This document shows positions 9,360 to 20,643 of a stretch of 64,000 nt of DNA, piece after piece. The position numbers were made by a program, and so were the translations under genes. This stretch comes from Candidatus Bathyarchaeia archaeon (GTDB taxonomy: Archaea; Thermoproteota; Bathyarchaeia; Bathyarchaeales; Bathycorpusculaceae): contig JBEKKX010000009.1 of assembly GCA_050010515.1 (NCBI GenBank), positions 1 through 64,000 of the forward strand, in the 5' to 3' direction. The notes under the pieces are model-generated. The model saw nothing but the letters and a program-made list of their open reading frames with translations, ran no database searches and had not been told where the DNA came from. Within the stretch, counting starts at the first letter, position 1. Every line of letters starts with the position of its first letter.

Positions 9360-11864
9360 TTGATTATCGCTATTTCTTGTTTTCTAATTCTTGCAGGCTG
9401 CTTCTGCTCTGGGGTGCATGCACAGACAGCGGATGCATCTGGTTTTAGCCATATGCAAAGTGCCTTGTTGCCTGTCGTCTCGGGATTAACGGTGCCGTTA
9501 TCTCCGCTTCCTGCTACAACGTACGATGAACAACTTGGAACGACGTTTACCCAAAATTTTGCAAGCCTTGCTTACAACGTTACTGCAGTGCCTCAAATCG
9601 ACTCAGACGGCTATGGGCCAGCGTATCTTCTGAACGGGTTATCAAACGATGGTTACTGGTATCAAGTGGGCTTATCATATAACTGGCCATATGCGAATGG
9701 AGGGTACAATCCGGGTTTTAACTTTGACTACGAGGTTTTTGATTCGGCGGGAAAATCCATTTATCCAACTAACAGCGGTGGACTAAAACCGTTCTCAGGC
9801 GCAGTCAATTCAGGCGATTTAGTTCTTCTTAATCTTCACTTCAATAACGGCTTTGTATATATGTCCGCCAAAGACTGGAACACAGGAGCAGTTGCGCAAA
9901 CAACTTATGAGGATAACAAAACTAGCTCTTTTACTGGTTCAACTTCATCACCAAGTAACGTAAACGGATTCTTCACTGGGCTTATGACTGAATGGTGGCA
10001 CGTAAACCCGTACACTGAAGACGAAACACAAGTCACTTATTCCGATTATACTTTTGGGCTTTCATCCGCCTGGATGTGGATGGATGAATACAACCCAAGT
10101 AACCTTAGTTGGTCCGGCGAATGGAGTTACAGCACAACTGTTCCAGTAACTTACTCTTCGAATCCAACTCAGCTTCAATCTTTCTCTTCCCATGGAGCTA
10201 CTGAATATAGTAGTGCCTACCTGTTCATCACAGGCTCAATTGTCCAACAAATGACATCTGTAACGTTGCTTCCTGCTGGTGGGTCGACTCCTCTTTCGGC
10301 CACGAACGAGTTTGCGGTTTCGTTTACTTTAGATGGTCAACCGCAGGTTAGTTATGTCCAAAATGGCACGCTTACATTTACTGCTGATAACGGCACTAAC
10401 GTGGTGATATCTGGGGTCTCCACTGGCTCGTCTTCAACAGAAGAATGGGTATTGAATTCGCAACGTGCTAACGTAACTGTGCCGGCGGGGTCAACTGCAA
10501 CTTTCTATTACTATGATCTCCTCAGTCAGCAGGTGGCTTATGCAGTGTCTGGCGGTGGAACCCCTGTCAGTCCAATATTAACGTATTACACTGCTCCTTC
10601 CACTTCATCTTCTCAATTCAACCAAACAATTAATACTATTTCCTTACCCCTTATCCAACAAACAATAATGGTTCTGAGGGGGACAGCAGCCACCGTTAGT
10701 AATGATATTTTAGGTTTTTCGCAAGACCGATGGGCTACTCCAACATCATCTTGGACCATATCTCAGGCGAATCAAATTCCAAGTCTCATAATTTATTATC
10801 ACCAGTATCAAGTCATAGCGAGCTATTCAACCTCAGACGGTTCAGTACCGTCATCTAACATCATACTATCAGGAACGCAATATGGATCCAATTACCAACT
10901 GCTTCTCACCACCACAAATCAGGCAACATGGCTAGATGCAAATACGCCTTGGTCCGCCTCTACCGTTGCAACAGCTATATCAGGAACTGAACGGTGGAGT
11001 TCGTCCGCAGGCACTTCTGGAAGCATAACAGGGGCAATTACAATAAACCCAATCTACGTTCACCAATACTATTTAGCAGTAATTTCAACCTATGCTTCGC
11101 CCTCAGGCTCAGGCTGGTATGATAGTGGCTCAACGGCTTATGCTGGTCTTAACGCTGGAACTGTTTCCGGCGGAACCGGTACTCAATACGTGTTTAATAG
11201 TTGGACTGGCGACGCTTCTGGCAGCAACTATGTGCAAAGCAATGGCATAACCATGAATGCACCTATAACAGCAACAGCATCATGGATTACTCAGTATTAT
11301 TTGACCGTTAATTCTGCGCATGGTACGCCTGCAGGTCAAGGGTGGTACAATTCAGGTGCTTCTGAAAGTTTCAGTATACCTTCTCCTGTAGGCAGCGCAG
11401 GGGTTCAATACGTATTTTCCAGCTGGTCAGGTTCAGGTTCAGGTTCTTATAGCGGAAATTCAGCGTCGTCCTCTATAACAATGGATGCTCCAATTACTGA
11501 AACTGCAAGTTGGATTACTCAGTATTATTTGACGGTTAATTCCGCGCATGGTACGCCTTCTGGTAGCGGCTGGTATAATGCTGGAGCGGATATAACATTC
11601 TCTGTAAGCTCACCTGTACCAGAATCCATTATTACACAGCATGTATGCACGGGTTGGACGGGGACAGGAAGCGCCCCAGCAACTGGAACAAACGCAAATT
11701 TACATTTCACGATAAACCAACCTTCAAGCATCACTTGGAACTGGCAAAGCCAATTCATATCGTCAACGGTTTTACTAATGATGGGAGCTCCCTTGGTAAC
11801 GGCAATAATCGGATTATCAATCTATCTGCTTAGGAATAGCCAAAAGTTCAGGAAGCGGAAATGA
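9360..11864 (+). CDS. Secreted/membrane-anchored Ser/Thr-rich surface protein with tandem Ig-like repeats (possible thermopsin-like N-domain)
   Basis: Signal peptide, repeated QYYLTVNSAHGTPxGxGWY modules, C-terminal TM plus basic tail. Confidence 0.7.
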   Translation: MIIAISCFLILAGCFCSGVHAQTADASGFSHMQSALLPVVSGLTVPLSPLPATTYDEQLGTTFTQNFASLAYNVTAVPQIDSDGYGPAYLLNGLSNDGYWYQVGLSYNWPYANGGYNPGFNFDYEVFDSAGKSIYPTNSGGLKPFSGAVNSGDLVLLNLHFNNGFVYMSAKDWNTGAVAQTTYEDNKTSSFTGSTSSPSNVNGFFTGLMTEWWHVNPYTEDETQVTYSDYTFGLSSAWMWMDEYNPSNLSWSGEWSYSTTVPVTYSSNPTQLQSFSSHGATEYSSAYLFITGSIVQQMTSVTLLPAGGSTPLSATNEFAVSFTLDGQPQVSYVQNGTLTFTADNGTNVVISGVSTGSSSTEEWVLNSQRANVTVPAGSTATFYYYDLLSQQVAYAVSGGGTPVSPILTYYTAPSTSSSQFNQTINTISLPLIQQTIMVLRGTAATVSNDILGFSQDRWATPTSSWTISQANQIPSLIIYYHQYQVIASYSTSDGSVPSSNIILSGTQYGSNYQLLLTTTNQATWLDANTPWSASTVATAISGTERWSSSAGTSGSITGAITINPIYVHQYYLAVISTYASPSGSGWYDSGSTAYAGLNAGTVSGGTGTQYVFNSWTGDASGSNYVQSNGITMNAPITATASWITQYYLTVNSAHGTPAGQGWYNSGASESFSIPSPVGSAGVQYVFSSWSGSGSGSYSGNSASSSITMDAPITETASWITQYYLTVNSAHGTPSGSGWYNAGADITFSVSSPVPESIITQHVCTGWTGTGSAPATGTNANLHFTINQPSSITWNWQSQFISSTVLLMMGAPLVTAIIGLSIYLLRNSQKFRKRK

Positions 11865-12039
11865 TGCTTAGAGCCTGCCTTTTGGTTGCGCGAGCGGCTT
11901 TTCCAATGTCGCACGCTCAAGAAGAAACAACCGCACTTGATTTGATTATTATCAAGCTAAAAATCACGGCTTCTTTCACTGTTTATAAGCACAAATAATA
12001 TAGCACTACATATAGCAACAGTACTGCGTGAAGTAACAT

Positions 12040-13263
12040 ATGCAAAGGTCTTATTCACGATTACTCGGGGTCGTTGGAAAACCGAACACGGGAAAATCCA
12101 CGTTCTTCAGCGCAGCAACCTTGGTAGCGGCAGAAATAGCCAATTATCCTTTCACCACAATTAAGCCTAACAGGGGGGTCGGCTACGTACGCACGCCTTG
12201 CGTTCATGAAGAATTCAAAGTGAAAGATAACCCTAAAAACTCATTATGCCTAGATGGTGTAAGGCTTGTTCCTGTAGAATTAATCGACATTGCAGGCATT
12301 GTTCCAGGCGCTTGGGAAGGACGCGGCTTAGGAAACCAGTTCCTAGACGAAATTCGCAGAGCAGATGCGCTCATCCACATAGTTGACGCTTCAGGCGGAA
12401 CAGACTGCGAAGGGAGGGTATGCAAACTTGGCGAACATGACCCGCTTGAGGACGTCAAGTTTCTTGAACACGAGATAACCATGTGGATGGCGAGCATACT
12501 TAAAAAGGACTGGACAAAAATCGCGAGAACGGCTGAAGCAGACAAAAAAGGCATCTTTAGCTCCCTAGAAGAACGACTCAGCGGCTTAGGCATAAAACGC
12601 AGCCACATTTTTGAAGCAACAAAACGAACTGGCTTGAACGCTGATAAACCAACCGGCTGGAGTGACGATGACTTCTTAAAATTCGTCGATGTTCTAAGAC
12701 AAATTTCTAAGCCAATGCTGATAGTTGCAAACAAAATTGACTTGCCAACCGCCGAAGCAAATTTGGAGAGGATGAAGGAACTTGATTACATGGTTATTCC
12801 ATGTTCTTCTGAGGCTGAGCTTGCACTTAGGCGTGCTGCTGAAAAACAATTAATCGATTATAAGCCAGGCGACTGCAACTTTAAGATAACACAGCTGGAA
12901 AAACTATCCCAAGTTCAGATTAAGGCTTTGGAAGCTATACGTGAAAAAGTGCTCCAAAAAAAAGGCTCAACAGGCATCCAAGACGCCATAAACATGGCTT
13001 ACTTCAAACTTCTCAACATGATAACCGTTTACCCCGTGGAAGATTTAGAGCACCTCTCTGACCATAACGGCAGAGTCTTGCCAGACGCTTACCTCATTCC
13101 AAAAGGAACAACCGCGCATCAGTTCGCTTACTTAATCCACACAGAACTTGGAGAAAGCTTCATCTACGCCATCGATGCCCGAGACAAAAGAAGAATCGGC
13201 GAAGACGCCATTCTCAAAGACAGAGATGTCATAAGCATCGTAAGCGCCAAAAAACGTACCTAA
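12040..13263 (+). CDS. ychF: Obg-family GTPase/ATPase YchF with TGS domain
   Basis: GKPNTGKST, YPFTT, DIAG, NKID, C-terminal TGS. Confidence 0.92.
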   Translation: MQRSYSRLLGVVGKPNTGKSTFFSAATLVAAEIANYPFTTIKPNRGVGYVRTPCVHEEFKVKDNPKNSLCLDGVRLVPVELIDIAGIVPGAWEGRGLGNQFLDEIRRADALIHIVDASGGTDCEGRVCKLGEHDPLEDVKFLEHEITMWMASILKKDWTKIARTAEADKKGIFSSLEERLSGLGIKRSHIFEATKRTGLNADKPTGWSDDDFLKFVDVLRQISKPMLIVANKIDLPTAEANLERMKELDYMVIPCSSEAELALRRAAEKQLIDYKPGDCNFKITQLEKLSQVQIKALEAIREKVLQKKGSTGIQDAINMAYFKLLNMITVYPVEDLEHLSDHNGRVLPDAYLIPKGTTAHQFAYLIHTELGESFIYAIDARDKRRIGEDAILKDRDVISIVSAKKRT

Positions 13264-13485
13264 CACTCCATTTTCGCCCCTTATTTGTTTGGTTAGCACC
13301 ACTTTACATCCACCTGAAATGCGTTTCAAAAAAGCTAGAGTTTAACTGTGCTTTATTGCCCTGAAACAAAAAAGCAACCCAAAAAAAGCTTTCCACAAAC
13401 AAGCACGCCAACAGGGATAGGTACAATTTGTTGATAGATTTCAACAACAAAAATGGCACCACAATACCATAAAAAGGTAAAAATT

Positions 13486-14283
13486 CTATGCGCCGAAACG
13501 CCGTTTTCTGTACTGGAAAGTTCTAATTGCCCTAAGCAGGTCGATTAGGCGGAAGTCGGGCCAGTAAACATCTAAGAAGAGCAGTTCGCTGTACGCGGCT
13601 TGCCAAAGCAAGAATCCGCTTAAGCGTTCTTCGCCTGAAGTGCGTATAATCATGTCAGGATCCTGCTTATCCATATGTGCAGTGTATAGGTACTTTTCAA
13701 AGGTGCTTTCGGTCACATCAGTTAACTCTAACTCGCCGCTTTTAACTTTCTCAGCAATAGTCTTAGTAGCATCGACGATTTCGGCTCTGCCCCCATACGC
13801 GAACGCAAAGTTCCAGAAATATCTATCATAGCTTGCCGTTGCTTTCTCCACATCTTCAATGCTTTCCTGTAAACTTTTAGGCAGAAGGTTAACTCTGCCG
13901 ATGACTTTCACATGGACCTTGTCTCGATGTATACGCTCATCTTTTAGCAGCTTGCGGAATCTTTCCTCAGCAATCTGCATAATCTTTTGCACTTCATCTG
14001 ATTTCCTAGAAAAGTTCTCTGTTGAAAAAGTGTAGAGCGTTACGTATTTGACATCAAGCATATGGCACCAGTCTAAGAGCAGCTCAACTGTATCAGCACC
14101 ATTCTTGTGACCCCACTTATCCTGTAGCAGCCAAGGGTCTTTTTCCTGCTCGTTTGCCCACCGCCTGTTGCCGTCTAAAATTATGGCGATATGCTCAGGT
14201 TTTACTCCGTTTTTAACTTGCTGCCATAGCCATTTTTCATACATCTTGTATGCGCCAATGACAGAAAGCGTTTTTTTAAGCAC
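13486..14283 (-). CDS. uppS: Polyprenyl (cis) diphosphate synthase
   Basis: HIAIILDGNRRWA, FSTENF, YGGRAEI, IRTSGEERLSGFLLWQ. Confidence 0.95.
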   Translation of the reverse strand: MLKKTLSVIGAYKMYEKWLWQQVKNGVKPEHIAIILDGNRRWANEQEKDPWLLQDKWGHKNGADTVELLLDWCHMLDVKYVTLYTFSTENFSRKSDEVQKIMQIAEERFRKLLKDERIHRDKVHVKVIGRVNLLPKSLQESIEDVEKATASYDRYFWNFAFAYGGRAEIVDATKTIAEKVKSGELELTDVTESTFEKYLYTAHMDKQDPDMIIRTSGEERLSGFLLWQAAYSELLFLDVYWPDFRLIDLLRAIRTFQYRKRRFGA

Positions 14284-14409
14284 TAAATGTGACCTCGCAT
14301 GTTAAAGTTCTTCAAGGGATTTTTCTCTTAAACTTTGCTTCATAGTTAGAACCTTAACTGTTTCAATTAAATCTTGCCCTAATTCAAGATTAAAATACTT
14401 GGAAAAATT

Positions 14410-15645
14410 TTATTCTGAGGCTTGGTTCTTATCGGGTTTTTGGAAGAAGCCTTTAGTTGACCTACTAACTATGAAAATTAGTAGCACAGAAGCAATGCCA
14501 ATTAGAATACCTACCACTATTGTAAAAATGAACATTGAAAAATCCTGGCTATTTAAACCAACTATTGGTTGCCCTCCTGAGTGGTATGTGTCGTAAATTA
14601 CGTTTGCTGTTGCTTCAAGAATCCAACGGAACCATGCAACTGTAACTATCAAAGCAACATTCCGAAGTAATCTTGAGTCTCTTTCAAAGTATAAACGTAC
14701 GCTTCGTCCGAAAAGAACGATGATTATGCCTACCACCAGAAGGTCTTCGACACCCTTAATAAAGAAAGTGACTATCTTCGGAGAGATAGCTAGCCACCCA
14801 GCGAAGGCAGTGGGGTATGGTACCACGTTAATATTGACGTTTGCTATTCCAAGATAAACGCTGACGACGACGCACAAAATTCCGGCTAAAACCGTGTAAT
14901 TTGAGATTTGCATCGGCATAGGCGGCGGAGAATATTCTTTTACCCACTTATAGAAGTCTTTAGTTGACCTGTCAACGCCAAAGCCCTTGACAAGCAAGAA
15001 ACCGCCTAGAACAATCACAATGGCAATTCCGTAAAAGTCAATGGCGCCTGGGTAAACGAAATTGTTGATAGCCCAAAGAACGCCGAAGATTAAAACTAGT
15101 AATCCGGGCAAACCTAACGCCATTCGCGCGTACCTTGGATTATTTACTAGTAATCGAATGTATTTTGTGAATACTGCAGCAGTCTCTTCGATTGATTCAC
15201 TATGCTTTATTACTACCCGTCTTACTGACGAAACAGGGACTCTGGATTCAACAAGAGGCAAAATTGCCTCGTCAGAATAACCATCACTAACCAAAATCAC
15301 TTCGTTTGCACTAAAAGTATCAAGTAAATTATTTAATTCAGCAACCAATTTTCTGTCAGCGCTAACGCCGCCCAACTCAGAACCCGATATCGTAGCGACT
15401 TCAAAAATTTCCTGCGGTTGCTTTTCGTTTTGTAACTTGTCATGAAGCCGGATGGCTTCAAACATGGCGTTTGCGTCTGGTTCTTCAGGGTCTTTTAGGG
15501 CTAAGGAGACTGCGCCGTCTAAGTTTGCGGTTCTTCCAAGAAGAGGCGTTTTTATTCCTGTCTTTGCTTCTATATCGCCATCTCTATCGACGCATAGGAT
15601 TAAAATACGCTTTTGCGTTTGTTCTTGCGTTTCCTTTTTAGCCAT
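14410..15645 (-). CDS. DUF373 family membrane protein
   Basis: LCVDRDGD...DPEEPDANAMF, VSDGYSDE, multiple TM helices; conserved neighbour of uppS. Confidence 0.85.
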   Translation of the reverse strand: MAKKETQEQTQKRILILCVDRDGDIEAKTGIKTPLLGRTANLDGAVSLALKDPEEPDANAMFEAIRLHDKLQNEKQPQEIFEVATISGSELGGVSADRKLVAELNNLLDTFSANEVILVSDGYSDEAILPLVESRVPVSSVRRVVIKHSESIEETAAVFTKYIRLLVNNPRYARMALGLPGLLVLIFGVLWAINNFVYPGAIDFYGIAIVIVLGGFLLVKGFGVDRSTKDFYKWVKEYSPPPMPMQISNYTVLAGILCVVVSVYLGIANVNINVVPYPTAFAGWLAISPKIVTFFIKGVEDLLVVGIIIVLFGRSVRLYFERDSRLLRNVALIVTVAWFRWILEATANVIYDTYHSGGQPIVGLNSQDFSMFIFTIVVGILIGIASVLLIFIVSRSTKGFFQKPDKNQASE

Positions 15646-15680
15646 CTACATCTCTATTCCCATAATACTGCCACTTAACT

Positions 15681-16631
15681 TTAATCTTGTGTTTGTTTAT
15701 CATCTTCAGTATCGTCGCCCATGACAAGTTGAAACTCATTCCAACTTAATTTTTCGCCCTTCTGCAGCTTATCCCTCGCCTCAGCTCCAAGCTTATCTTT
15801 AATAGCCTGCTGTTTTTCTTTAGTTGCTTGCTGCGTTTCTTTAATTGCCTGTTGCTTTTCTTTGATAGCTTGCTGAGTCGCTATTTGCCTTGCTTTATCT
15901 TCCTCTCTCATGGCAGCTCTCAGCCCCCGTAATTGCCCAGTCAATTCCGCGATTTTCACTTGAAAGAGAACAATTTCCTCCTTTGTTTTAATGTAAGCTT
16001 GATGTAGGCTATCAGCTTGAGCTTTGCTTACTTTCGCGGCATTTACTTTTTCAATCATTTGTGAATGTAAATCTTGGCTTTTCTTAGCTAAATCAGTTAA
16101 TTCCTTATGAAACGTGTCAGCTTGCGCTTCAAGGGTTTGGCGTTGAGTCAGTAAATCCTTGATTTTTTTGTATTTAAGGTCTATTTTTTTGTAACTGCTA
16201 AGTAGAATTTCAAGCTGCTTGACGTTCTCAATTAGCCCTTTTTCCTCTTGCAAATCAAGAGAAGTTGTCTGAATCTTCCATTCAATTGCGTCAAGCTCTT
16301 CTTGCAAGTCCTGCTGCCTCTCACGCGGTACTTTCTTTTTGAGTTCAGAGATTTTTTCTTTTATGGCGTTTATTTCCTCGGTGATTGGTGTAGTTTTAGC
16401 TCTGATGTCATCTCTTTGCTGTTTTAGCAGCTTCACTTTTTCATTTATACTGTCGCGCTCGGTTTTCAACTCGTCAATTTCTTGGTGGGTTTTCTTTACT
16501 TGGTCGTTTAGCTGGTTTCTCTGTTCGACATGCTTTTTGATTTGAGCGTCTGCTGTATTAGCTTGCTCTCTTAGTTTTCCAATTTGCTGATTAATGTCTT
16601 CTATTTTAATGGGTTTTTGTTGCTCTGACAT
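15681..16631 (-). CDS. Archaeal coiled-coil protein (COG1340-like)
   Basis: Long heptad pattern, IEWKIQT, C-terminal GEKLSWNEF. Confidence 0.75.
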   Translation of the reverse strand: MSEQQKPIKIEDINQQIGKLREQANTADAQIKKHVEQRNQLNDQVKKTHQEIDELKTERDSINEKVKLLKQQRDDIRAKTTPITEEINAIKEKISELKKKVPRERQQDLQEELDAIEWKIQTTSLDLQEEKGLIENVKQLEILLSSYKKIDLKYKKIKDLLTQRQTLEAQADTFHKELTDLAKKSQDLHSQMIEKVNAAKVSKAQADSLHQAYIKTKEEIVLFQVKIAELTGQLRGLRAAMREEDKARQIATQQAIKEKQQAIKETQQATKEKQQAIKDKLGAEARDKLQKGEKLSWNEFQLVMGDDTEDDKQTQD

Positions 16632-16794
16632 CTATGCTAGCCTCTAGTACTGTTGACGCATATGAGCATTGGTGCGTAAGCATTTATAATGATTTTCTGT
16701 ACAAAATATGTAGTTTAACATGGTAAACAGGTGCCTTTAGATTATAATTTTTAAATATAGGGTGGCACAATGGGTTTGGTTAGATGGTAGAGTT

Positions 16795-17205
16795 ATGACG
16801 TTTAACTATGAGGACCTACTGAAAAAGGCGTGCGCTCAAATGCCCGAAGTTTCTTTAAAGCATGAGCGCTTGGAACTGCCGAAACTGATGGTTAATACAG
16901 TTGGTATGCGAACGATTATTTCTAATTTCAAGGAAGTGGCTGATGCTTTGGACCGTGATCCTCAGCATATTTTAAAGTTCTTGACTCGGGAAATGGCTAC
17001 TGCAGCGACCTTTCAAGATTCAAGAGCGATCTTTCAAGGAAAATTTCGCCGCGAAAGTTTTGAACGCTTATTGCAGCGGTATTTAGATAATTATGTAGTT
17101 TGCCCCATTTGCAAGCGTCCTGATACCAGAATTATTAAGGAAAAACGATTATCTTTTCTAGTATGCAACGCTTGTGGTGCAAAATCATCTATTAAACAGT
17201 TGTAG
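16795..17205 (+). CDS. eif2b: Translation initiation factor aIF2 beta subunit
   Basis: YEDLL, NFKEVADALDRDPQH, CPICKRPDT...CNACGA. Confidence 0.93.
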   Translation: MTFNYEDLLKKACAQMPEVSLKHERLELPKLMVNTVGMRTIISNFKEVADALDRDPQHILKFLTREMATAATFQDSRAIFQGKFRRESFERLLQRYLDNYVVCPICKRPDTRIIKEKRLSFLVCNACGAKSSIKQL

Positions 17206-17217
17206 GCGAACTCAAAA

Positions 17218-17514
17218 TTGGAAGTCTACGTAAACCTCAAGCAAGCGGGCAGAAACGTGCTATTAGCTGTTTGCGACTGTGAATTGCTCGGCAGGACGCT
17301 TCGGGAAGGCAAAATTGTCTTTCATATTAAAGAAGAGTTTTATAATGGTCGAAAAGCAAGTGTTGAAGAAGCCATTGGAATGATTGATAATTCAACCATA
17401 GTGAACCTTGTAGGCAAGTGCTGTGTTGAAAAAGCCATAGCAGAAGGCTATGTGCATCCCGAAGCGGTTCTGAAAATAGAAGGCATACCCCACGCCCAAA
17501 TCGTAAAGTTTTGA
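17218..17514 (+). CDS. DUF424 family protein
   Basis: LAVCDCELLG...EEFYNG...VNLVG...IPHAQ. Confidence 0.85.
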   Translation: MEVYVNLKQAGRNVLLAVCDCELLGRTLREGKIVFHIKEEFYNGRKASVEEAIGMIDNSTIVNLVGKCCVEKAIAEGYVHPEAVLKIEGIPHAQIVKF

Positions 17515-17788
17515 CCATGCTTCTGGACAAATGGTAAAACTTCCGATGCAGGTTTTTCGTTTTGTTGTTGCTGGGCTACTTGGGTTCTCTTTCATAATGG
17601 AGATTGAGGAACGGCTAAAATATCTCTAAACGAAGAAAAACCTCGCAGATTACGGGAGTCCAGCTCCGATAACTAATACATTTATGGTAGTCTACATGCA
17701 TCCCTTATCGTTTAGCATCGTTCTTGCTCAAAGGAGGCAGATTATCAATAAATTTAATTAACATTGGTTCTTTACATGTACCTTAAAA

Positions 17789-19159
17789 TTGCATGAGCTC
17801 TTGAAGATGAAAGCTAACTTAAAGATAACTATCTCTAAACGTGTTATCGTTCTTCTCCTTGTAGCTTTGCTTGCGCTGTCTGCATTTAACACTTACATGA
17901 TTTTTGAGCGACCCAGCAGCCCTGCTAATTCTGGTGCTTTAAGTTACGATTTTGTTGTTTCCCAAAACGGTCATAATTACCAATTAAAAAGCATGTTAAC
18001 TGGTTCTACAACAAGCGTATCGGGGAGTGCTTCGTCTGCTATTAATTCGGCGTTCGCTCAGGGAAACTCAGTTTACCTTAACCCTGGAACTTACACTTTA
18101 AGCGGGGACGTTTTGGTTTCCAATAAAATTAACGCTAAAATCGTCGGTAACGGAGCAACCATAATTGGCAATGGATACAAAATAATCATTTACGGCGACA
18201 ACTACACCACTTCACAGTACGCGACCATTTCGGGCTTAACAGTAATAAATGGAACCGTTAGAATTGAAAACTCGTTTGGAACAACGATTTCCAACATGAT
18301 TTTCGAGAATACTTCAACGGGCATCGAATTGGCTAATACGAGGTCTTGGAGTGAAGACACAAAAATTGAAGATTGCAGTTTTATAAATGCCACTGAAGGC
18401 ATTGCTTTCCGGACGCCTGTTGGAAATGCTACTGGTTCCTATGCCAGTTCAGAAATTGACAGTTGCTTCTTCAACATTAGAGACAATTCCGTCGGCATCA
18501 ACGTCGAACCGTTAGCTGAGTTTTCAGATAGTCAAATGCAAGATGTCCGAATGTGGATGGGCCAAGATGGAGTAACTAATCAAACTGGACTTTTAGATGA
18601 CGGCTCAATGGACCAAACCTTGCTAATTGGCGTAGTGTTCGAGTCCTTCACCGATGTACCGAATGACATGTTCGCGATAGATCTTGGACAAACATGTAAT
18701 CCTGCCCCAACTCTCGACGGCGGCGTCAGCTTTTTAGGCAATTGGACAGCCAGCATTCATAACCCCTATAGCAAATGGATTTCTGGAGTCGGCAGCGCTT
18801 TTGAAAGAGAAAACGTCAATGTTCCAGTAGGCGTAAATGGCCAGTATAGCGCTAACGTGACTATCCAAGCGCTTCCGCTTCAAATTTTCACTTTCGAACC
18901 TAAAATTCAAGTTGACGGCAGCTTCACAAATAACGAGACGGTCACTGTCAGAATCCGCTTGGAATTTGCTGACAACGTAATATCAAACGGCGTAACTCAA
19001 ACCTTTACCAGCAGCGGAGCAGTCTGGTTAAGTAACGACCAAATGATGCAACTATATCCCTCGCAAGACATAATTTTAGGCGTTGTGTTTGATGCACAAT
19101 CAAGCGCCAGCTCCACAAACGCAGTTGTCACAATTAGCGGCTACGGCACAGACGGATAA
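17789..19159 (+). CDS. Secreted right-handed beta-helix (pectin-lyase-like) protein
   Basis: Signal anchor, AINSA...VYLNPGTY, Asn/Gly-rich parallel beta repeats. Confidence 0.65.
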   Translation: MHELLKMKANLKITISKRVIVLLLVALLALSAFNTYMIFERPSSPANSGALSYDFVVSQNGHNYQLKSMLTGSTTSVSGSASSAINSAFAQGNSVYLNPGTYTLSGDVLVSNKINAKIVGNGATIIGNGYKIIIYGDNYTTSQYATISGLTVINGTVRIENSFGTTISNMIFENTSTGIELANTRSWSEDTKIEDCSFINATEGIAFRTPVGNATGSYASSEIDSCFFNIRDNSVGINVEPLAEFSDSQMQDVRMWMGQDGVTNQTGLLDDGSMDQTLLIGVVFESFTDVPNDMFAIDLGQTCNPAPTLDGGVSFLGNWTASIHNPYSKWISGVGSAFERENVNVPVGVNGQYSANVTIQALPLQIFTFEPKIQVDGSFTNNETVTVRIRLEFADNVISNGVTQTFTSSGAVWLSNDQMMQLYPSQDIILGVVFDAQSSASSTNAVVTISGYGTDG

Positions 19160-19179
19160 ATCTGCTATTTCAAAAAAAG

Positions 19180-20013
19180 TTAGATTTCGAATTTTTCGAT
19201 TATTCTGTTTTCTTTTTCGCCTGTGATTTCAGCTATAACGTGGAAGAATTGTTCAAGCCCTGAGTTGACGATTCTTGGCTTAAGAAGCTCATCGATTTGG
19301 AACACGCCTGCTGAATTTGACATTTTAATTTTTATGTTGATTGGTTTTTGTCCGTTTTCAACAGTTTCAGCACATTCAACTTCCACTTTTTCGATGGATA
19401 ACGCTGAGACGGCATGGATGTCCACCTTTCCAGCTTGGAAGGGGATTCGGGCTCTTCCTGCTTCCATGTCCAATGCGTCAGCGATGCTGATTATGCCTGC
19501 TTCTTTAGTTAATATCCTGCTGTGTGGTAGTTCGTTGCTGCCCGGTTCTCCATGGGTTACGATTGCGTGGAGGATTTCCGAGGTCATTATTGCTATTTGT
19601 TCTTCATTGTATGTTGGCGGTAAACATCTCTCTAAAAATTCTAACGCTAAAAATGCACTGTATATTTCATGGTTGTACCTTTGGACAATCATGCCTAAAT
19701 CGTGGAAGATTGAGCCTAAAACAACAACAACTTCAGCATCATCATTTTGCATCCCATAATTTTCCACTATACTAGGTGTTATGAGTTTTTTCTCGACAAG
19801 AATCCGCAGAAGTTTCAACCCAAGATTCGCGACAATTTTAACGTGCGTTGGACCATGATCGGTGTAGCCCATGCGCTCTATCGCCATAACGTTGGCGCAT
19901 TTCCAGTAGGTTTGCAGTTTCTTGTCTTCTTTTATTCTTTCCATAACCTGCTTTAGTTTAACGTTGTTTCGATATGGGATGTTAAAGTGGTAGGACACTT
20001 GATGATGCTCCAT
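19180..20013 (-). CDS. HD-domain phosphohydrolase
   Basis: YTDHGPTH, FHDLG, IADALDM. Confidence 0.85.
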   Translation of the reverse strand: MEHHQVSYHFNIPYRNNVKLKQVMERIKEDKKLQTYWKCANVMAIERMGYTDHGPTHVKIVANLGLKLLRILVEKKLITPSIVENYGMQNDDAEVVVVLGSIFHDLGMIVQRYNHEIYSAFLALEFLERCLPPTYNEEQIAIMTSEILHAIVTHGEPGSNELPHSRILTKEAGIISIADALDMEAGRARIPFQAGKVDIHAVSALSIEKVEVECAETVENGQKPINIKIKMSNSAGVFQIDELLKPRIVNSGLEQFFHVIAEITGEKENRIIEKFEI

Positions 20014-20187
20014 GTAAATGATAATTCTATTTAGAGATTTAAAAACCTACATTGCATTAAACCTTCCGAGGGGTGCCCTGAGTATTTTAGGATTCAGATT
20101 TTCGTTTCAAAACTGCATAATTTAATGAACACGCTTTTAAGCACGAAAAGCAATTATTTTCAAGCATCTAAAACCGAGGTTCACTGT

Positions 20188-20493
20188 TTGGGAAAGAAAA
20201 AAGTGTTAAGCGAAGGCGCAATCGGCGAGTTAGTTTATCCTAGAGAAGGCGAAGTTTTAGGTGTAGTTGTGAAACTGCTTGGTTTTGACCGAATTATGGT
20301 TAAGTGTCAGGATGGCGCTGAACGTTTATGCCGAATCCGAGGCAAAATGAAAAGGCGAGTGTGGATTCGTGAAGGCGACATAGTTATTGTTTCACCCTGG
20401 GAGTTCCAAACTGACAAGCGCGGCGACGTTGTCTGGCGTTACACGCATTCGCAAGCTGATACGCTACGGCGCAAGGGCATTTTGACCCTTTAA
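20188..20493 (+). CDS. eif1a: Translation initiation factor aIF1A
   Basis: CQDGAERLCRIRGKMKRRVWIREGDIVIVSPW; likely TTG start at 20188. Confidence 0.95.
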   Translation: MGKKKVLSEGAIGELVYPREGEVLGVVVKLLGFDRIMVKCQDGAERLCRIRGKMKRRVWIREGDIVIVSPWEFQTDKRGDVVWRYTHSQADTLRRKGILTL

Positions 20494-20643
20494 TTTTCAA
20501 AATCTAATCATTATTATTCATTTTTAGCCTGTCAATGACGACATAACTTGTTGTTTTTTAAATTTTTTTAAGTCAACTATAAAATCCGTTTTCTTGTTTG
20601 ATTGCTTTTAAATACCCTGAAGCTGTTAGCATGACTTGATATT